DNA from: Amoebidium appalachense
Taxonomy: Eukaryota; Protista; Ichthyosporea
Length of the DNA: 64,000 nt
Assembly (NCBI GenBank): GCA_963693365.1
Contig: CAVNZM010000015.1
Coordinates: 2,294,001 to 2,358,000, forward strand
Direction of reading: 5' to 3'
Shown here piece by piece: positions 11,035 to 24,981 of the stretch. The notes under the pieces were generated by a model. The model was not told the origin of the DNA. It ran no database searches and saw nothing but the letters and a program-made list of their open reading frames with translations. The position numbers were made by a program, and so were the translations under genes. Position 1 is the first letter of the stretch, and the number at the start of each line of letters is the position of its first letter.

Positions 11035-14000
11035 TGTAGACGGCATTGGGTACAGTGTGGACCAATTAAGGGGAGTTTAGGGACTGGGTGGTAGGATGTG
11101 GGCACGAAGCAAGCACAAAGGAATAGTGGGGGTTAGTGAGGCTTGAGTGTTAGGAATTGAACATGATGCATGCCTGGGGCCAGCTGAAGGGGCTCAGGAG
11201 TGGCTGGTTGTGGTAGCCTTCTTCTTTTTTGGGGGGGGGGAGAGGGGGGGGGGGGGGGGGGGGGGGGATGGGAGAAGGAAGGGGAGGGTGGGGGGGGGGG
11301 GGGAGGGGGGGGGAGGGGGGGAGGGGGGGGGGGGGGGGGGGGGGCAAATGATAAAGGGAAGAGTGGGGCTGTATAGACGAGGGCAAAATGGAATATGTTA
11401 GGAGACACCGGATGGCTGTTTTGTAGTGCCTGGACGGGGAAGACTGGTGGAGGGACACGGGCCACACAACACGCAATGCAAAGCACAGAATGCATTGGCC
11501 AACCGAGCAAGGAAGGGGGTGGGCTTTTGAGAGAGCAGACATATGGGGCGTGCTGCCTGCTGTGTTACCCAGTTCATATGGTTGGTAGTGACGTACTATC
11601 TGTGCAGGACGATCGTGGGGGCGCTGCCGCCCAAGCACCAGCAGATGGAGGACCACTACTTCGGCCAGATGCCTTCACGCATCCTGGCCACCATTGCTGA
11701 GGCTGAGATCGAGCTGGCAAAGCTGGTACGTTGGCCTGCGCTTCCTTGCACTGAGGGGGAGACCATTGCTGACTTATTGGGCCTCAGGGGGTGCCGATCA
11801 AGACCAGGCACAACGAGGTGGCGCCCCGGCAGTACGAGATGGCGCCCATGTTCGAGGAGGCCTCCCTTGCTGTGGAGCACAACCTGCTGACCATGGAGGT
11901 GCTGACCAGGGTGGCGCACAAGCACGGGCTCAAGGTGCTGTTCCATGAGAAGCCCTTCAAGGGTGTCAATGGCTCCGGCAAGCACTGCAACTGGTCCCTG
12001 GCCACCGACACAGGTGTGTGCATGTGTGCCTGCCTGGTCCTTTCCGTGGGTGCTGACTGGGCCTGCAGGGATCAACCTGCTCAACCCTGAGGCCGAGCCA
12101 GAGAAGAACTTGCGGTTCCTTGTGTTCTGTGCTGCCACCCTGCACGGGGTCCACAGGCATGCCTCCCTGCTGCGTGCATCCATTGCTGCTGCTTCAAACG
12201 ACCACCGCCTGGGAGGCCACGAGGCAATATCCTTTCACGGCCATGCAACGTAGTGTGTGCCTGCATGTATGACTAAGGGATAGCTGGCATTTTCCTAAGG
12301 CGAGGGGTGGTGGTGCCGAAGGAGGGAGGAGGGCGGGGGGGGGGGGGGGGGGGGGGGAGTTGTTATGCATGGTAAGCATTGACATCAGAATGTGCATCTT
12401 GGTAGTGTTGTGTTGTAAGTGGGGGGTAGCCTGCTTTTCCACGTGAATGGCCAGGTTACACATTGGCAGCGGATATGTTGACTAGCATAGAATTAGGGCC
12501 CTTGGCCATATACGGCCCAAAGATAACTTGCAAGGGCTTGCCCGCCTGCCCACCCACTGGCATAGACAGGAATCGTCTAGAGCCTGGGGGGCATTGTCTC
12601 GTACTGTTTCCTTGACCAGACCTACCCGCCCGGCATCATCTCGGCCTTCATGGGTGCCCATCTGAACGGTGAGTGTGCCTGGCATCTATGATGGTAGGCA
12701 TGTGTGTGGGCTGCCGCATGCTGACCCTGTGTGTGTGCAGAGGTGCTCAATGCCGTCAAGGAGGCTAGGCCCGTGCAGCGCGACCACGTGCCCCACATGC
12801 AGTCCGTCAAGGTCAATAAATGCCCCTGCACATGCACACTGGCCCACATGCACTGCCACATGCCCTGGGCCCATTAATAAACCCTGCATGGGCCCACACA
12901 GCTGGGGGGCACGGTGCTGGACGTCAAGGTGTCGTCCCTGCCTGAGATTGCAAGGGACCTGACAGACCGCAACCGCACATCCCCCTTTGCATTCACAGGC
13001 AACAAGTTCGAATTCAGGGCCGTAGGGGCCAAGCAGGTAGGTGGGGCAGGGCACATGCACAGGCACATAGGGGGTTGCATGTGCTGACTGGTATGATGCA
13101 GTCACCGTCCTTCCCCGTGACCATTGTCAACTCGGCCGTGGCTGCATCACTGCAGGAGATGGCTGCAAAGCTGGAGGTATGTGTGGCTGTGGGGTGGCAT
13201 GCATGCTGGGGGGTATGGTGATGGGTGTGGGGTGGCATGCATGCTGGATGGTGGCTGACCCAGTGGGCACAGGCCAAGAAGGGCAGCAAGGCGCAGTGCT
13301 CTGAGGAGGATGTGCTTGCCGTGGTGCGCGAGTACATTGCAGCATCAGAGGTGGGTGCAGCCCCTGCCTGCATGGCTGGTGGGGCATGGGCCTGAGTGTT
13401 TGAATGCAGGCTATTAGGTTCGAAGGGGACGGCTACACGGAGGCCTGGCGCAAAGAGGCAGAGAAGAGGGGCCTACCCATGATCAGAAACAGCCTGAATG
13501 CCATCAAGGAGGTAAGGGTGGTTCCTGGTGTGGGGGCTATGTGGGGTATGTGGGTGCTGACTGGTGGCATAGCTGCTGGCGCCAGCAAACAAGACCATGC
13601 TGACATCAAAGATCGGCATCCTGACTGAGGGTGAGTGCACGGGGGGAGGGGAGAGGGGAGGGAAGGGGGGTGGTTGGGTGGGGGGGAGGGCATGGGCCGT
13701 GTGCTGAGGGGGCAGTGCAGAGGAGCTTGAGTCGCGCTACCACGTGCTGACGGAGAGATACGGCAAGGACGTGCTGATGGAAGCCGACACCCTGCGCTAC
13801 ATGGTCAGACAGTTCATCCTGCCCGCAATCTTCGACTACAGAAAGCAGATGGCTGACGGTACAGTCCATTCCCGGAGGGCCCACTGTGTGTGTGCATGTT
13901 CTAAATGTGTGTGCAGGGATCATCAAGATGCAGAGCCTAGGCGTCAGCACACCCGAGGTTGGGCTGCTGGCCACCGTGTCCGACATGGTGCAGCAGCTGA

Positions 14001-14097
14001 CTAATGCCGTGGATGCTTTGGTTGGGGCTGCTGCTGACGCCCACCAGTTGAAGCACGACCATATCGCACAGGCTGACATGTGTGCTGCAAAGGTGCC

Positions 14098-14157
<60 letters not shown>

Positions 14158-14301
14158 ACATGCGCTAGTGGGGCTGGGTGCTGACAGGGTGTGCAGGTGC
14201 TGCCGGCTATGCATGTAGTGCGGGGCCTGGTTGACCGGCTGGAGGAGACCGTGCCCGACCCCATCTGGCCGTTCCCCAAGTACCACGACATCCTGCTGTA
14301 G
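9430..14301 (+). CDS. glnN: Glutamine synthetase type III (GlnN/GSIII family), multi-exon
   Basis: Spliced motifs include SEIFGS|[52 protein letters not shown]|[50 protein letters not shown]|[27 protein letters not shown] and [11 protein letters not shown]. Confidence 0.96.
12227..12625 (+). other. U12-type (minor spliceosome) AT-AC intron in the GSIII gene
   Basis: The 5' splice site is ATATCCTTTC (12227-12236), the branch site is TTTCCTTGAC (12607-12616) and the 3' end is AC (12624-12625). Removal restores GGHEA|[10 protein letters not shown] in frame. Confidence 0.92.
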
Positions 14302-16002
14302 GCCCACACCCATGCAGCTAGCAGCCACGGTGGCCTGGTGCGCTGCGCCTGCAATGCAAATACATATCATGAGTGCATGCCCGCCTGCCATTGTGCCTGT
14401 GTGTGTGTGATGAGTAGCACCAGCACACTGCATGCTGCAATGTGTGCACATGTGTGAGAGAGGAGATAAATGCTCTTTGGCCGGCATAAACCAAGACATG
14501 TGGACCCACAAGCACAGGCCCAGGCCAACACGACCGTTGATACCACCACAGGCACAACACAGTTGCCCCAATCCATATGCCACTGTGGGCTGGTGGTCAG
14601 AGAGCTTCTAGGGCAAGTGACTGACTGCAGTGGTGGGCATGCAGCTGGCATGTGGACCAGATACCCTGCCAGACGGTGTTGGATGTGCCGTCCACCACCC
14701 AGCCACGAACCATGCATGCATGGCCTGTTTCCTGCCGCCATGGTGTTAGCAGCCAATCAAACAGTGCCCCCATCCACCCCCCGGACCATGTGTACCCCTT
14801 GGCCCAGCACACCGCAACAAATGTGCACTGCACGGGTGCACCACCACTGTGCCGGCAGTGCACGCAAAATTTTAGCATAGCCTGTTGGTGCTGAAAAGTA
14901 CTTGGGCACGTGACTCAGTGGGCTCCTTGTGCTGCCCCGCCCCCCCCCCCCACCACCCACCCACCCCACCCCCCCCCCCCCCCCCTTCCTTCCCCCGCAC
15001 ACACACGCACACACATACAGACACACACACACAGCCCTTCCTTCAAACCTGGCCACACACACGTCTATGTGCGCACCAAAATAGATGATAGTCAACACGT
15101 GTGGCGTCGGTCTCACATTCTCAGCCATGTGTGTTGGGCTCATGCCCTTTGCATGCCGGCTATGAGCATTGTACAGATGTTGCTTGACAGCTTTATGGTC
15201 ACGATGACTTCGTTAATGTGATAACAGGCCGATAACTAACAGCCCCCCCCCCCCCCCCCCCCCCTGCCCCCCAAATATTCTGAACCCTCCCCCCCCTCCC
15301 CCGGCCCAAATTTGAAAGGACTTCAAGCAAACAGAGAAAGCGAGACAATGTCGAATAGCAATACGAATTTGATCAGGCATGATCATCTACAACGGTCTTG
15401 CATGCACGTAGGAGTAACAGGTATGCAACATACACGCAATATCAGTGGAAGATTAAAAATGTTGTTTTCCTTGGCTTCCTTTTAAACTTTGATTGACAGC
15501 CAGCTTTCCGAAGATGTATGGATTACCTGCTAGACTCAATGACTTATGGACCGCTGAAGATGATAAAGGGCGCCCAGGGGGGGGGGGGGGGGGGGGGGGG
15601 GGGTTAGGAGGGATGGGGGAGGGGGGAGGTGGGGGTTGAGGGGTAGAAAAACAGGATAAGGATTCGAATCCGGGCTGCAGAGCCGAAGTTTTGACAGCGT
15701 GGGGTCAGCACCTGACAACGACCTCTAATCATATGCATGTCGGATACATATTCAGCGAGTCCCCACGTATAAGACGGGGGGAAGAAGGGGCGGGCGGGCA
15801 GGGGGGGGGGGGGGAGGGGGGAGGGGGGAGGGGGGGGGAAGGGAGGGGGAGGGGGGGGGGGGGGGGGGAAGAGCGTCAGGAGCTTGGATAATCATGATTG
15901 GTCTATATCACCTACGCCCTCCCTAGGCCTATCTAGCTCCCGCAACAGTCTCATACACGTACGTACACACAGACACAAATACATACACACAGACATAACA
16001 TA

Positions 16003-16050
<48 letters not shown>

Positions 16051-17090
16051 CGCACACACAAACACACATGCCACACGCATCCGGCCCTTTCCCCCGACCA
16101 CTCACCTCAACCCATAGAGAGCCTGCCCACAGCTCCTCCCCCCCCCAAACAACAACAACAACCCCCACCTACCCAACCACACACAGACGTACCACCTGTT
16201 TACCACCACCAATGTGCAGACATCATCCGTGTCAGTGTGCCCGCGTGGAAGTAAGTTTGGTGGGCAGCTGGGCAGCTGGTGGCGGTGGCTGTGGGCTATG
16301 AGAGCACATAATAATTTGCAGCCACAGCTAACCAGCCCCCGTCAGCGATAAAAACCTAGCTAGGCCCCCCCCCCCTCACCCCTTCATGCGCCTGGTTCCG
16401 GACTTACTCCTCCCGCACTTCCCAAAATTAGTAATCCCTCTATGGGTCCTCTGGTGATTAGGATAGCAATTGAAGTAGGAATTTGTTTCTTGAAATCTAT
16501 CGACATGGCGGCCCGTCACAGCATCACAACCCATTAACGAGTTTGCCACGATGATATACTTGCATGCGCATGCACGGCACTGTCAAGTCCCCAATCTGGC
16601 CATGAAATCGAATCCATGGCGTCCGATTTGGCTATCTTAGCCTAGCTTCACTAACAAATCTTAAATTGTTCGCAAAGAATTTCCATTGGTACACCAATAT
16701 TGAACAGTTGGTGATGCATAGTGCTATGCAGAGCCATATGGTGTGTTAAGTGTGCGTGTGTGTGTGGAGGGAGGGGAAACTTGTTTACTCAGTACGCAGT
16801 ATACTTTGAAGACGGTAACACAAAACAGGTTGCAAAGCACACACAAAGGGTGTGTGTGTGTGTGTGTGTGTGTTGGGGGGGGGGGGGGGGGGATCTGAGA
16901 CATCATTTGTCCGCTTTGCTATTATGCTATATTTGGAACTGTTTCAGTCCAGAAAACCGGTACAATGCGCAACATGAAGAATTATGAAGAATCGTGCATA
17001 GGCATGCCAGTGGCTGGCCATGCACAGGCAAGCAATCCTGCCTGGGGATGCACCAAGCAGGGGGCCACACCCGCCATACCACCCATGTTC

Positions 17091-17330
17091 ACCTATGGTA
17101 ATGTGTTGTGCCCCATGCCCACCTATGGTAATGTGTTGTGCCCCATGCCCACCTATGGTAATGTGTTGTGCCCCATGCCCACCTATGGTAATGTGTTGTG
17201 CCCCATGCCCACCTATGGTAATGTGTTGTGCCCCATGCCCACCTATGGTAATGTGTTGTGCCCCATGCCCACCTATGGTAATGTGTTGTGCCCCATGCCC
17301 ACCTATGGTAATGTGTTGTGTCCCATGCCC
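17091..17330. repeat. 30-bp minisatellite, 8 copies (ACCTATGGTAATGTGTTGTGCCCCATGCCC), just 3' of the YIPF stop
   Basis: Eight near-identical units are visible. Confidence 0.95.
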
Positions 17331-17442
17331 ACCCAGCCATGCACATAGCAGGGCACATATCTCCATTGATTTAAACCTATTTACAATGGTATTACTGCTG
17401 TCATACGTGAGTGCATACATGCGGGCCATATGGCCGGATAAA

Positions 17443-20400
17443 CTACGCAAAGAAGCTCAGCTTGAAGACCAGGGCCAGCACGACCTGCACCAGGGCCACT
17501 GCCCCCAGCACGGTGTAGGCCGTCTTCTGGTGCAGCCGCCGGATGAACGGCAGCAGGTTGGCAAGCAGTGTCCACGCTGCAGAATACTTATGAGTGCATG
17601 CGCGGTGTGTTCATACGTGCACGTGCACAAAGAAGGGCAAGTGGGAAGCCTTTTCCTCATGGAACGGTGTGCGTTTTTGTGTGATTGGTGTGTGAATGGC
17701 CATGAGGCCGCACGTTTTCGCCCTTTTCTTCTGTGTGTATGTCTCTCTCCCAGCCTGCACGAGTTTGTCCACCTGTGTGTGTATGCAAGCAATCTCTCTG
17801 TCTGCCTGCCCCCCCCCCCCCCCCCCCTCCCCCCCCCCCCCCCCCTCTGGGTGTCTGTCTGCTCTCTCTCTCATTCCCTCTCCAGGAATGTGTACTGTGT
17901 ATGTGTGTGTGCGCGCGTGCCATTGTGCAAGCTGACACTGCCTTCATGGCACGAGTTCTGCTTTGTGTGCCCACGTGTATGTGTGCATTCTGTGTACGGT
18001 GCATGCTTGCCCTTTGCCCTCTGTGCCTGTGTGCACGTATTGTTGCCGCAGGGCCACCTACAGGACATGGCAAAGCCCAGCAGCACCACCAGCCATCGCA
18101 CGGCCTCAGACGGGGCCACACAGATGATCTGCACCCATACACCAGCATTAGCACCCATCCCCCATATCCCCCCCCACCTTTTGGTAGCACACACGGTCAT
18201 GGGGATGTAGATCGACACGCTGTAGCCAAATAGGCACACCATCTCGATCAGCTTGATGTCGGCCTTGACGTAGAACGTCAGGAAGGCCCAGATGGCTAGG
18301 GGGAACTGCAACATATGTCAGCATGCATGGGTCACACCAGGTAGAAACCACCCATGCAGGGTAGAGGAGACAGGGCAGGGTTGCTGGTGCCAAGGTAGGC
18401 AGAGCCCATACTCAGCAGGGAACCATGACATCCAAATCACTCGAGAGAAGACAAATCCTTTGGCCTCACATGTATCATTCAAGGAGCTATGTGCCGGCAA
18501 GGGGACTTATCAGGGTGATGTAACAGTGAACGGGCTTAGTGTGTGCCGGGCAGTGCATATGAGCATAGTGTGTGCCGGGCAGTGCATATGAGCATAATGT
18601 GTGCCGGGCAGTATGAGCATAGTGTGTGCCGGGCAGTGCATACGAGCATAGTGTGTGCCGGGCAGTGCATATGAGCATAGTGTGTGCCGGGCAGTACGAG
18701 CATAGTGTGTGCCGGGCAGTGCATACGAGCATAGTGTGTGCCGGGCAGTGCATACGAGCATAGTGTATGCCGGGCAGTGCATACGAGCATAGTGTGTGCC
18801 GGGCAGTGCATACGAGCATAGTGTGTGCCGGGCAGTGCATACGAGCATAGGGTGTGCCGGGCAGTGTATATGAGCATAGTGTGTGCCGGGCAGTGCATAT
18901 GAGCATAGTGTGTGCCGGGCAGTGCATATGAGCATAGTGTGTGCCGGGCAGTGCATATGAGCATAGTGTGTGCCGGGCAGTGCATATGAGCATAGTGTGT
19001 GCCGGGCAGTGCATATGAGCATATTGTGTGCCGGGCAGTATGAGCATAGTGTGTGCCGGGCAGTGCATATGAGCATAGTGTGTGCCGGGCAGTGCACATG
19101 AGCATAATGTGTGCCGGGCAGTCAGTGCATAATGAGCATAGTGTGTGCCGGGCAGTAGGAGCATAGTGTGTGCCGCGCAGTATGAGCATGGTGCACATGA
19201 GCATAGTGTGTGCCGGACAGTGCATATGAGCATAGTGTGTGTCGGGCGTATGAGCATAGTGTGTGCCGGGCAGTATGAGCATAGTGTGTGTCGGGCGTAT
19301 GAGCATAGTGTGTGTCGGGCGTATGAACATAGTGTGTGTCGGGCGTATGAGCATAGTGTGTGCCGGGCAGTATGAGCATAGTGTGTGTCGGGCATATGAG
19401 CATAGTGTGTGCCGGGCGTATGAGCATAGTGTGTGCCGGGCGTATGAGCATAGTGTGTGTCGGGCGTATGAGCATAGTGTGTGTCGGGCATATGAGCATA
19501 GTGTGTGTCGGGCATATGAGCAAGTCGGGCAATTCAGCATAGAATGTGGCGGGCAGTGCATATGAGCATAGTGCACATGAGCATAGTGTGAGCATAGTGT
19601 GAACCTACCAGGGTGACGTAGCAGTACATGAGGGTGGCGGCAAATGTGACCTTAGTGAAGTCATAGACCCACTGGCCCTCATGCACGATGTACGTGGCCA
19701 GGTTGCCCATCATGCCGATGGTGAAGATCAGGGTCGTGGTCACCCAGTAGGGCCCTGTGCAAATGTCAGTTACAAACACAGCACTGGTATCACCACAACC
19801 ACACAGCCAAAAAGAGCTTGGTCACACCAAACACACCCTCATAAAAGACATGAATGTGATATGTAAATTCCTCGTGACAAAAATAATCAACAGACAAACA
19901 GAGCCCCCCCCCCCCCCCCCCCCCGCCCCCTCTCATCAACCCCCCCCCCCCCAGTTGCCCCTCTCATCAACCCCCCCCCCCCCCCCCCAGTTGCCCCTCT
20001 CATCAACCCCCTCCCCCCCCCCCCCGGCCACCCACAGCATGAAAGGGTTTGTGCAGACACCCGCATGGCCACACATGGCACAAACCCTGCCGCCTATCTG
20101 GACAGTGCACACAGGGGACTTGAGATGACAGAAACCAGCCAGGAGTTAAAAACACATGCACACATCCGTATACACACTCACCAACATGCACACATCCGTA
20201 TACACACTCACCAACATGCACACATCCGTATACACACTCACAAACATGCACACATCCGTACACACACTCACAAACATGCACACATCCGTATACACACTCA
20301 CAAACATGCACACATTAATATGAACGCTCACAAGCATGAACACATCCGTATACACACATACATGCACACACTCGTATACAGACTCAAAAACATGCACACA

Positions 20401-22279
20401 CCCCTATACACACTCACAAGAAGCAGACACACACACCAAGCATACATGTAGGCATCCACCTGCACACAAAAACACAGCCACACACTTGCACGCACACACA
20501 CACACCACACATTCAAGTACGCACGCGGGCACGCACATACATGAACACAAGCACTCAAGCATGCACACGCGCACACGTGCACACACACACACACACACAC
20601 GTACACACACACACCTGCGCTCCAACACAAACAAAGCTAGCAGGGCAGCAAGGAGGGGCATACGGTCCACAACCAAACAGGTACACACCAATTTGCACAC
20701 ATAACACGCCAACAAGCATTCTCCTACCCAAAGGGCGTGGGCAGGCACATAGATACCAGCAAGGACACTCAGCCTAATGAATTGGCACAGAAAATTCAGT
20801 TCCCGCTTTGGGAAGACACGTGCCAGCATACGTCAAGCCGCAAAACAATTTCAATACAGGCAAACACACGTGTGTGTGTGTGCCACACCGCATCCAGGTG
20901 GCCAGCCACGAAAAGAACCTCATCCTTTCCTCCTCCCCTCCTTTTGACATAAACAACACAAGCACACACATACAAAACTCAGCTACTACGCCACCACACA
21001 TGCCCCAACATGCACCCCCAACCCTCCCAGGCACGCACCATACAGGTCGGGGTTGCTTGCCACCGTGTCCAGCAGGCTGCCCCGTGTGGGCAGCATCCCC
21101 ATGGCTATGCGCCTGGTCACCTGCACGGCCTGTCAGGACACACGCACAGCCACCCTAAAGTGCACACACAACAGCACTATGCTCGCACACGTGCGCGCAT
21201 ATCAAAGTAGACAAGGTTACGAAAACACTGAAGTCAACATACACACACACACACATTTGCAGCTTCACTCCTCCTCATCCCCCCCCCCCCCCCCCCCCAA
21301 AAAAAAAAAAAAAAAAAAAAAAAAACACCCCTCCAGTGTGGACGTAGGAACAGCCACAGCACACACACGGATACAGGTGCCTGCCACTGCACACATAAAC
21401 GCAGGCAAACTTGCGCCACACAGCCTCCCAAGCCGGAAATAACTTTCGCACACCGTGATAGGTCGGCTTGCATGATCCTTCCTACCTTCCCCTCCCCCTC
21501 CCTTACCCTTACCCATTCCCGTCTTCCATTCTACTCCAACGAGCCACCCCCCCACAGCCCCGGCCACACCAGCCACCGGCCTACACAACTGCCCCTGCCT
21601 TCCCATTTACACCCAGCAGCCACCCGGCACGCACACTATGCCCACACTGTGCCCACGCTAAGCCGCCAGGCCGCCACTCACATCCTGTGTGTCGACGTCA
21701 CAAAACTGTGCGTAGTAGGCCATGTTCCACAGTGACGGCCCATATGAGTCTCTGCTCTCGGGCTTGAGCAGCCCCGCACCGTCGTCAAACGAGTAGTCTG
21801 CCCTCCCAGTCAGTCCCCCCCCCCCCCCCCCCCTTCCCTTCCCCTGCCCCTCCCCCCCCCCCCCCCCCCCCCTCCCCCCCTTCCCCTTTCACCGCACACC
21901 CACCCACCCACCCACCCACAAGTGCGCACCTGCATGCTGCTTGCACCTGCCGGTGGCCTGTAGGGGGTGGTGCTGCCCGTCAGGTCGCCGAAGTCTGTGT
22001 GCCCCGTCAGCACCCGCCCACCAAGCAGGCCAGAAGGGGCCACAGGGCACATACAGGGCACACACAGGGCACACACAGGGCACACACAGGGCACACACAG
22101 GGCACACACAGGGCACACACAGGGCACATACAGGGCACACGCACCTTTGAACTGCAGCTGGTCTGAGCCCCCCGCCTGCACCCGCCCCCTCTGTGGTCAG
22201 TGAACTGAACCCACACACCCCCTCCCTCCCCGTGCCTCGCACACACCTCAACGTCTATGATCAGATCCTTGCCGGCCAT
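17443..22279 (-). CDS. YIPF1: Yip1-domain family protein (YIPF1/YIPF2-like), multi-exon
   Basis: Exons give MAGKDLIIDVE, SLWNMAYYAQFCDVDTQD|VTRRI, NPDLY|GPYWVTTTLIF, YDFTKVTFAATLMYCY, LIEMVCLFGYSVSIYIP and the C-terminus LALVFKLSFFA*. These match YIPF1/2 signatures such as YYxxFDVD, PDLYGPFW and YGYS. Confidence 0.9.
18538..19600. repeat. ~1.05-kb intronic minisatellite of 24-29-bp variant units (GAGCATAGTGTGTGCCGGGCAGTGCATAT)
   Basis: About 40 related units fill a YIPF intron and begin right after the splice donor. Confidence 0.95.
20155..20350. repeat. 30-bp minisatellite (CATGCACACATCCGTATACACACTCACCAA) in a YIPF intron
   Basis: Four to six units are visible and decay to the right. Confidence 0.85.
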
Positions 22280-24456
22280 GGCTGCAACTCAGTGCTGGCC
22301 TGGCTAACACACTGCTCAAGGTGCCTGTGTGTATCCGCCACACAGCGACACAGTCACGATTATAGCGCAGCAAACTTCACAAACACCTGTGCCTGAAGCT
22401 CAGTGGCAACAACTGCCCAGCACAGCACAGCGGGCCCGGCCGGCGGCCGCCCTGGCAACCCAGACCAGCAGCCAATGTCAAGACGCCCTGCTGTTACGCA
22501 AACGATCTGGAATGCAGATCCGGTGTGCCGCCCGGACAAAGCACAAGTCCCTGCGGCCTCCCTTTTTTTTTTTTTTTTTTTTTTTGTTGTTGGAGCACAG
22601 GTAGTAGTGCCCGGCCACTTACGTAAGCCAGCGGGTATAAAGCCATGGAGACTATTTCTGGGCTGAGTCTCCGAGAGAGCCTCCGAGTCTCCGGCCCAAC
22701 TCTCGAGGCAGGCAGCCGGGCGTTCCCGACTCTTTCGGCCAGGCACCTATGTATTGACCTACGCGGCACACCTGCACATGCAGGCACGTGCATACACAAA
22801 TGCCGCGTAGAAGCGCATATGTGATGACTTGAATCATGTACATTGCACACACCTGGCATACCCGCTGCAAACCATGTCTGCAACATCATGCAGGAAAGGG
22901 AAATACACGTATGATACTGCACCCCAGAAGGTCGAGCAGAACACGAGCGAACATGGGCGAGTTTACCCTGCCGGAGTCCGAGAAAGGCAGGCAAGGCGGC
23001 AGGAGAAGCTGAAGCAATCAAGCGATAACATGACTCGGTGTGGAGGGCAGCATTGAACAGTGCCGGGGAGGGGAGGGGGGGGCGGGGGAGGGGAGGAGGG
23101 GAGGGGGGACAGTGCCGCGAAGACCTGCACATATGCGGCACCTTGATGGGCCACTGTTGCTTGCAGGGTGCACACGGGCAGGGGTGGGGCCTGGTGTGCC
23201 CGCGGAGGGCTGCAGAAGTGTCGCCAAAAGGGCCTGCATGGTTGTGCACCTGTGACTGGCTGCAGCCTAGCACATAGCACGACTCAGTGACATGGCTTGC
23301 AGTACCGTGGCCGTGCAGCCAGCTCGTGCAGCCACAGGTGTACACTGATGAATCTAAAAAAAAAGACATGGTACCATAAATAGACAAAGCTAACAATTGA
23401 AAACTTCATCAACACGACACAGCCTTGAGACGCCTTAGTGCCAACATAGATCCCAAGCCACTGTAGGTGGGCATGCCTTGATGGGGGAGAGTAACCCAAA
23501 AGACGGCCGTATGCCCGTATATGGAAAAAAAAAAGTCAGTGCCCTCGCTTCAGTGCCCTTAATGGCAGCGACCACGACTGGGGCCCTCGGACCACATGAT
23601 TGGTGATGGCACATCCATGTACATCAGAGCTAGGCTAGAGCCGAGTGCTAGCTGCAAGTCAGGAATTTTCAGGTTCCCACGTGCAAGTTCGTCTCTTGTT
23701 CTGAAGTCAAGTCAAGAACACGAGCAACCAAATTTCGAACGAACCCGCCCAGCCGACTACTACGAATAGAAGTGGTAGTCCGAGCAGTTCAGGATATTAT
23801 TTCAGACGAGGAGGAGTTGTGAGTTTTCCGAGCCGTTATGTCAAGAATATCAACTAAACGCATCCGACAGCACTTGACAAAAAAAAAAAAATTAACCGAG
23901 ACACGCGCACTGTAGAGACTGGCACGTGACACACAACATCATTTGAGTCTTTGTCTTCTGTGAATAGAGTTGGTTGCTTGGTTCCCACACAGAGACAAGC
24001 CAAGGTTTGCTGACTGTAGCTGACTCAAGCACACACTAGAGTTAAGAGGCACCAATAAGACAGAGAAAGTTAAACATATGTCCACCGTACTCATAGGCAA
24101 TGATATTACGACATGAACTAGGGCAGCATGACAAACAGAGACAGCTGCAAACACGAGCGCCACAAGAGCCCAAGACTATTGTACAAGGCACAGCGTTTGT
24201 TGGTCATTTTCTGGTCAACACAGTTTCCGGTGTTTGAAGATAAACAAGTAACGCCCTTTATTTAATGGTGTAGTGAGCAAGTAGTGCTCTTTATTTGAGA
24301 GCTAACGTGCAGCCAGTGCACTTACAGTCGCTGTTTTTATAAGCGAGTATTATCGTGTGTGCTGTGCATGTGCGCATTCATAATCGTTACTTATGCATTT
24401 AGAACCATGTAGTGTGGTGATTTGCCTGTCTTCCTACGTGTGTGCTACTGTGCCCG

Positions 24457-24981
24457 TCAGTCCACGGACCAGTCCACGTCCATGTCTATGTGTGCACTAT
24501 TGTTCTCTGCCCTGTGCTCTGTCTCCTCCTCCTCCCCACTGGGTCCAGCCAGAGGCAGGGGCCAGTGTAGCCAGGGCTGAGCCAGCAGCCCACTGACGGG
24601 GGGCAGGTCCACAGGCGCACTGACTGGGGGCACGGCCACAGGGGCAGGTGTGAGCCTGGGCACGTAGGGCACAAGCTGCATCAGCCGTGCGTCTACAGTC
24701 TCTACCTGGGTGCTTGCAGTTTCAGTAACAGGCGTGGCTGGCGGAGAGGATGGGGCCGGGGGAGGGGAGGGCACAAGGGTTAAAAAAGAGGATACGTGCA
24801 CGCGCTTGGGCGAGGGGCCCCACTGGTCGTCGTCGTGTTGGCGCTTAAGGGCCGCGCGGGGCAGCTCGGTTACTCTGGGTGTGGCCCAGCACTGCCGCTT
24901 GGCAGCTGAATAGGGCTCCTCATCCTCGTGTGGCCGCTTAAGGGTGCTGTAGAGATCCATGGGCGACACAAACGGTGCCAT
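24457..24981 (-). CDS. Intronless ~174-aa disordered orphan protein with two LKR...KR (NLS-like) motifs
   Basis: The ORF is GC-rich and sits in AT-richer flanks. It reads MAPF...LKRPHEDEEPYSAAKRQC...LKRQHDDDQWGPSPKRVH...DMDVDWSVD*. A correctly oriented TATA/CCAAT/CRE promoter lies upstream. Confidence 0.6.
   Translation of the reverse strand: MAPFVSPMDLYSTLKRPHEDEEPYSAAKRQCWATPRVTELPRAALKRQHDDDQWGPSPKRVHVSSFLTLVPSPPPAPSSPPATPVTETASTQVETVDARLMQLVPYVPRLTPAPVAVPPVSAPVDLPPVSGLLAQPWLHWPLPLAGPSGEEEETEHRAENNSAHIDMDVDWSVD

Noticed and set aside
17091-19600. Regular 24-30-bp repeats as a possible CRISPR array or repeat-protein ORFs
   Set aside because: The units are head-to-tail with no unique spacers, no cas genes are present, and the repeats lie in the intron and 3' flank of a eukaryotic gene.
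22829-23056. 75-aa basic ORF divergent from YIPF
   Set aside because: It is short, has no recognisable homology and has no clear exon chain.
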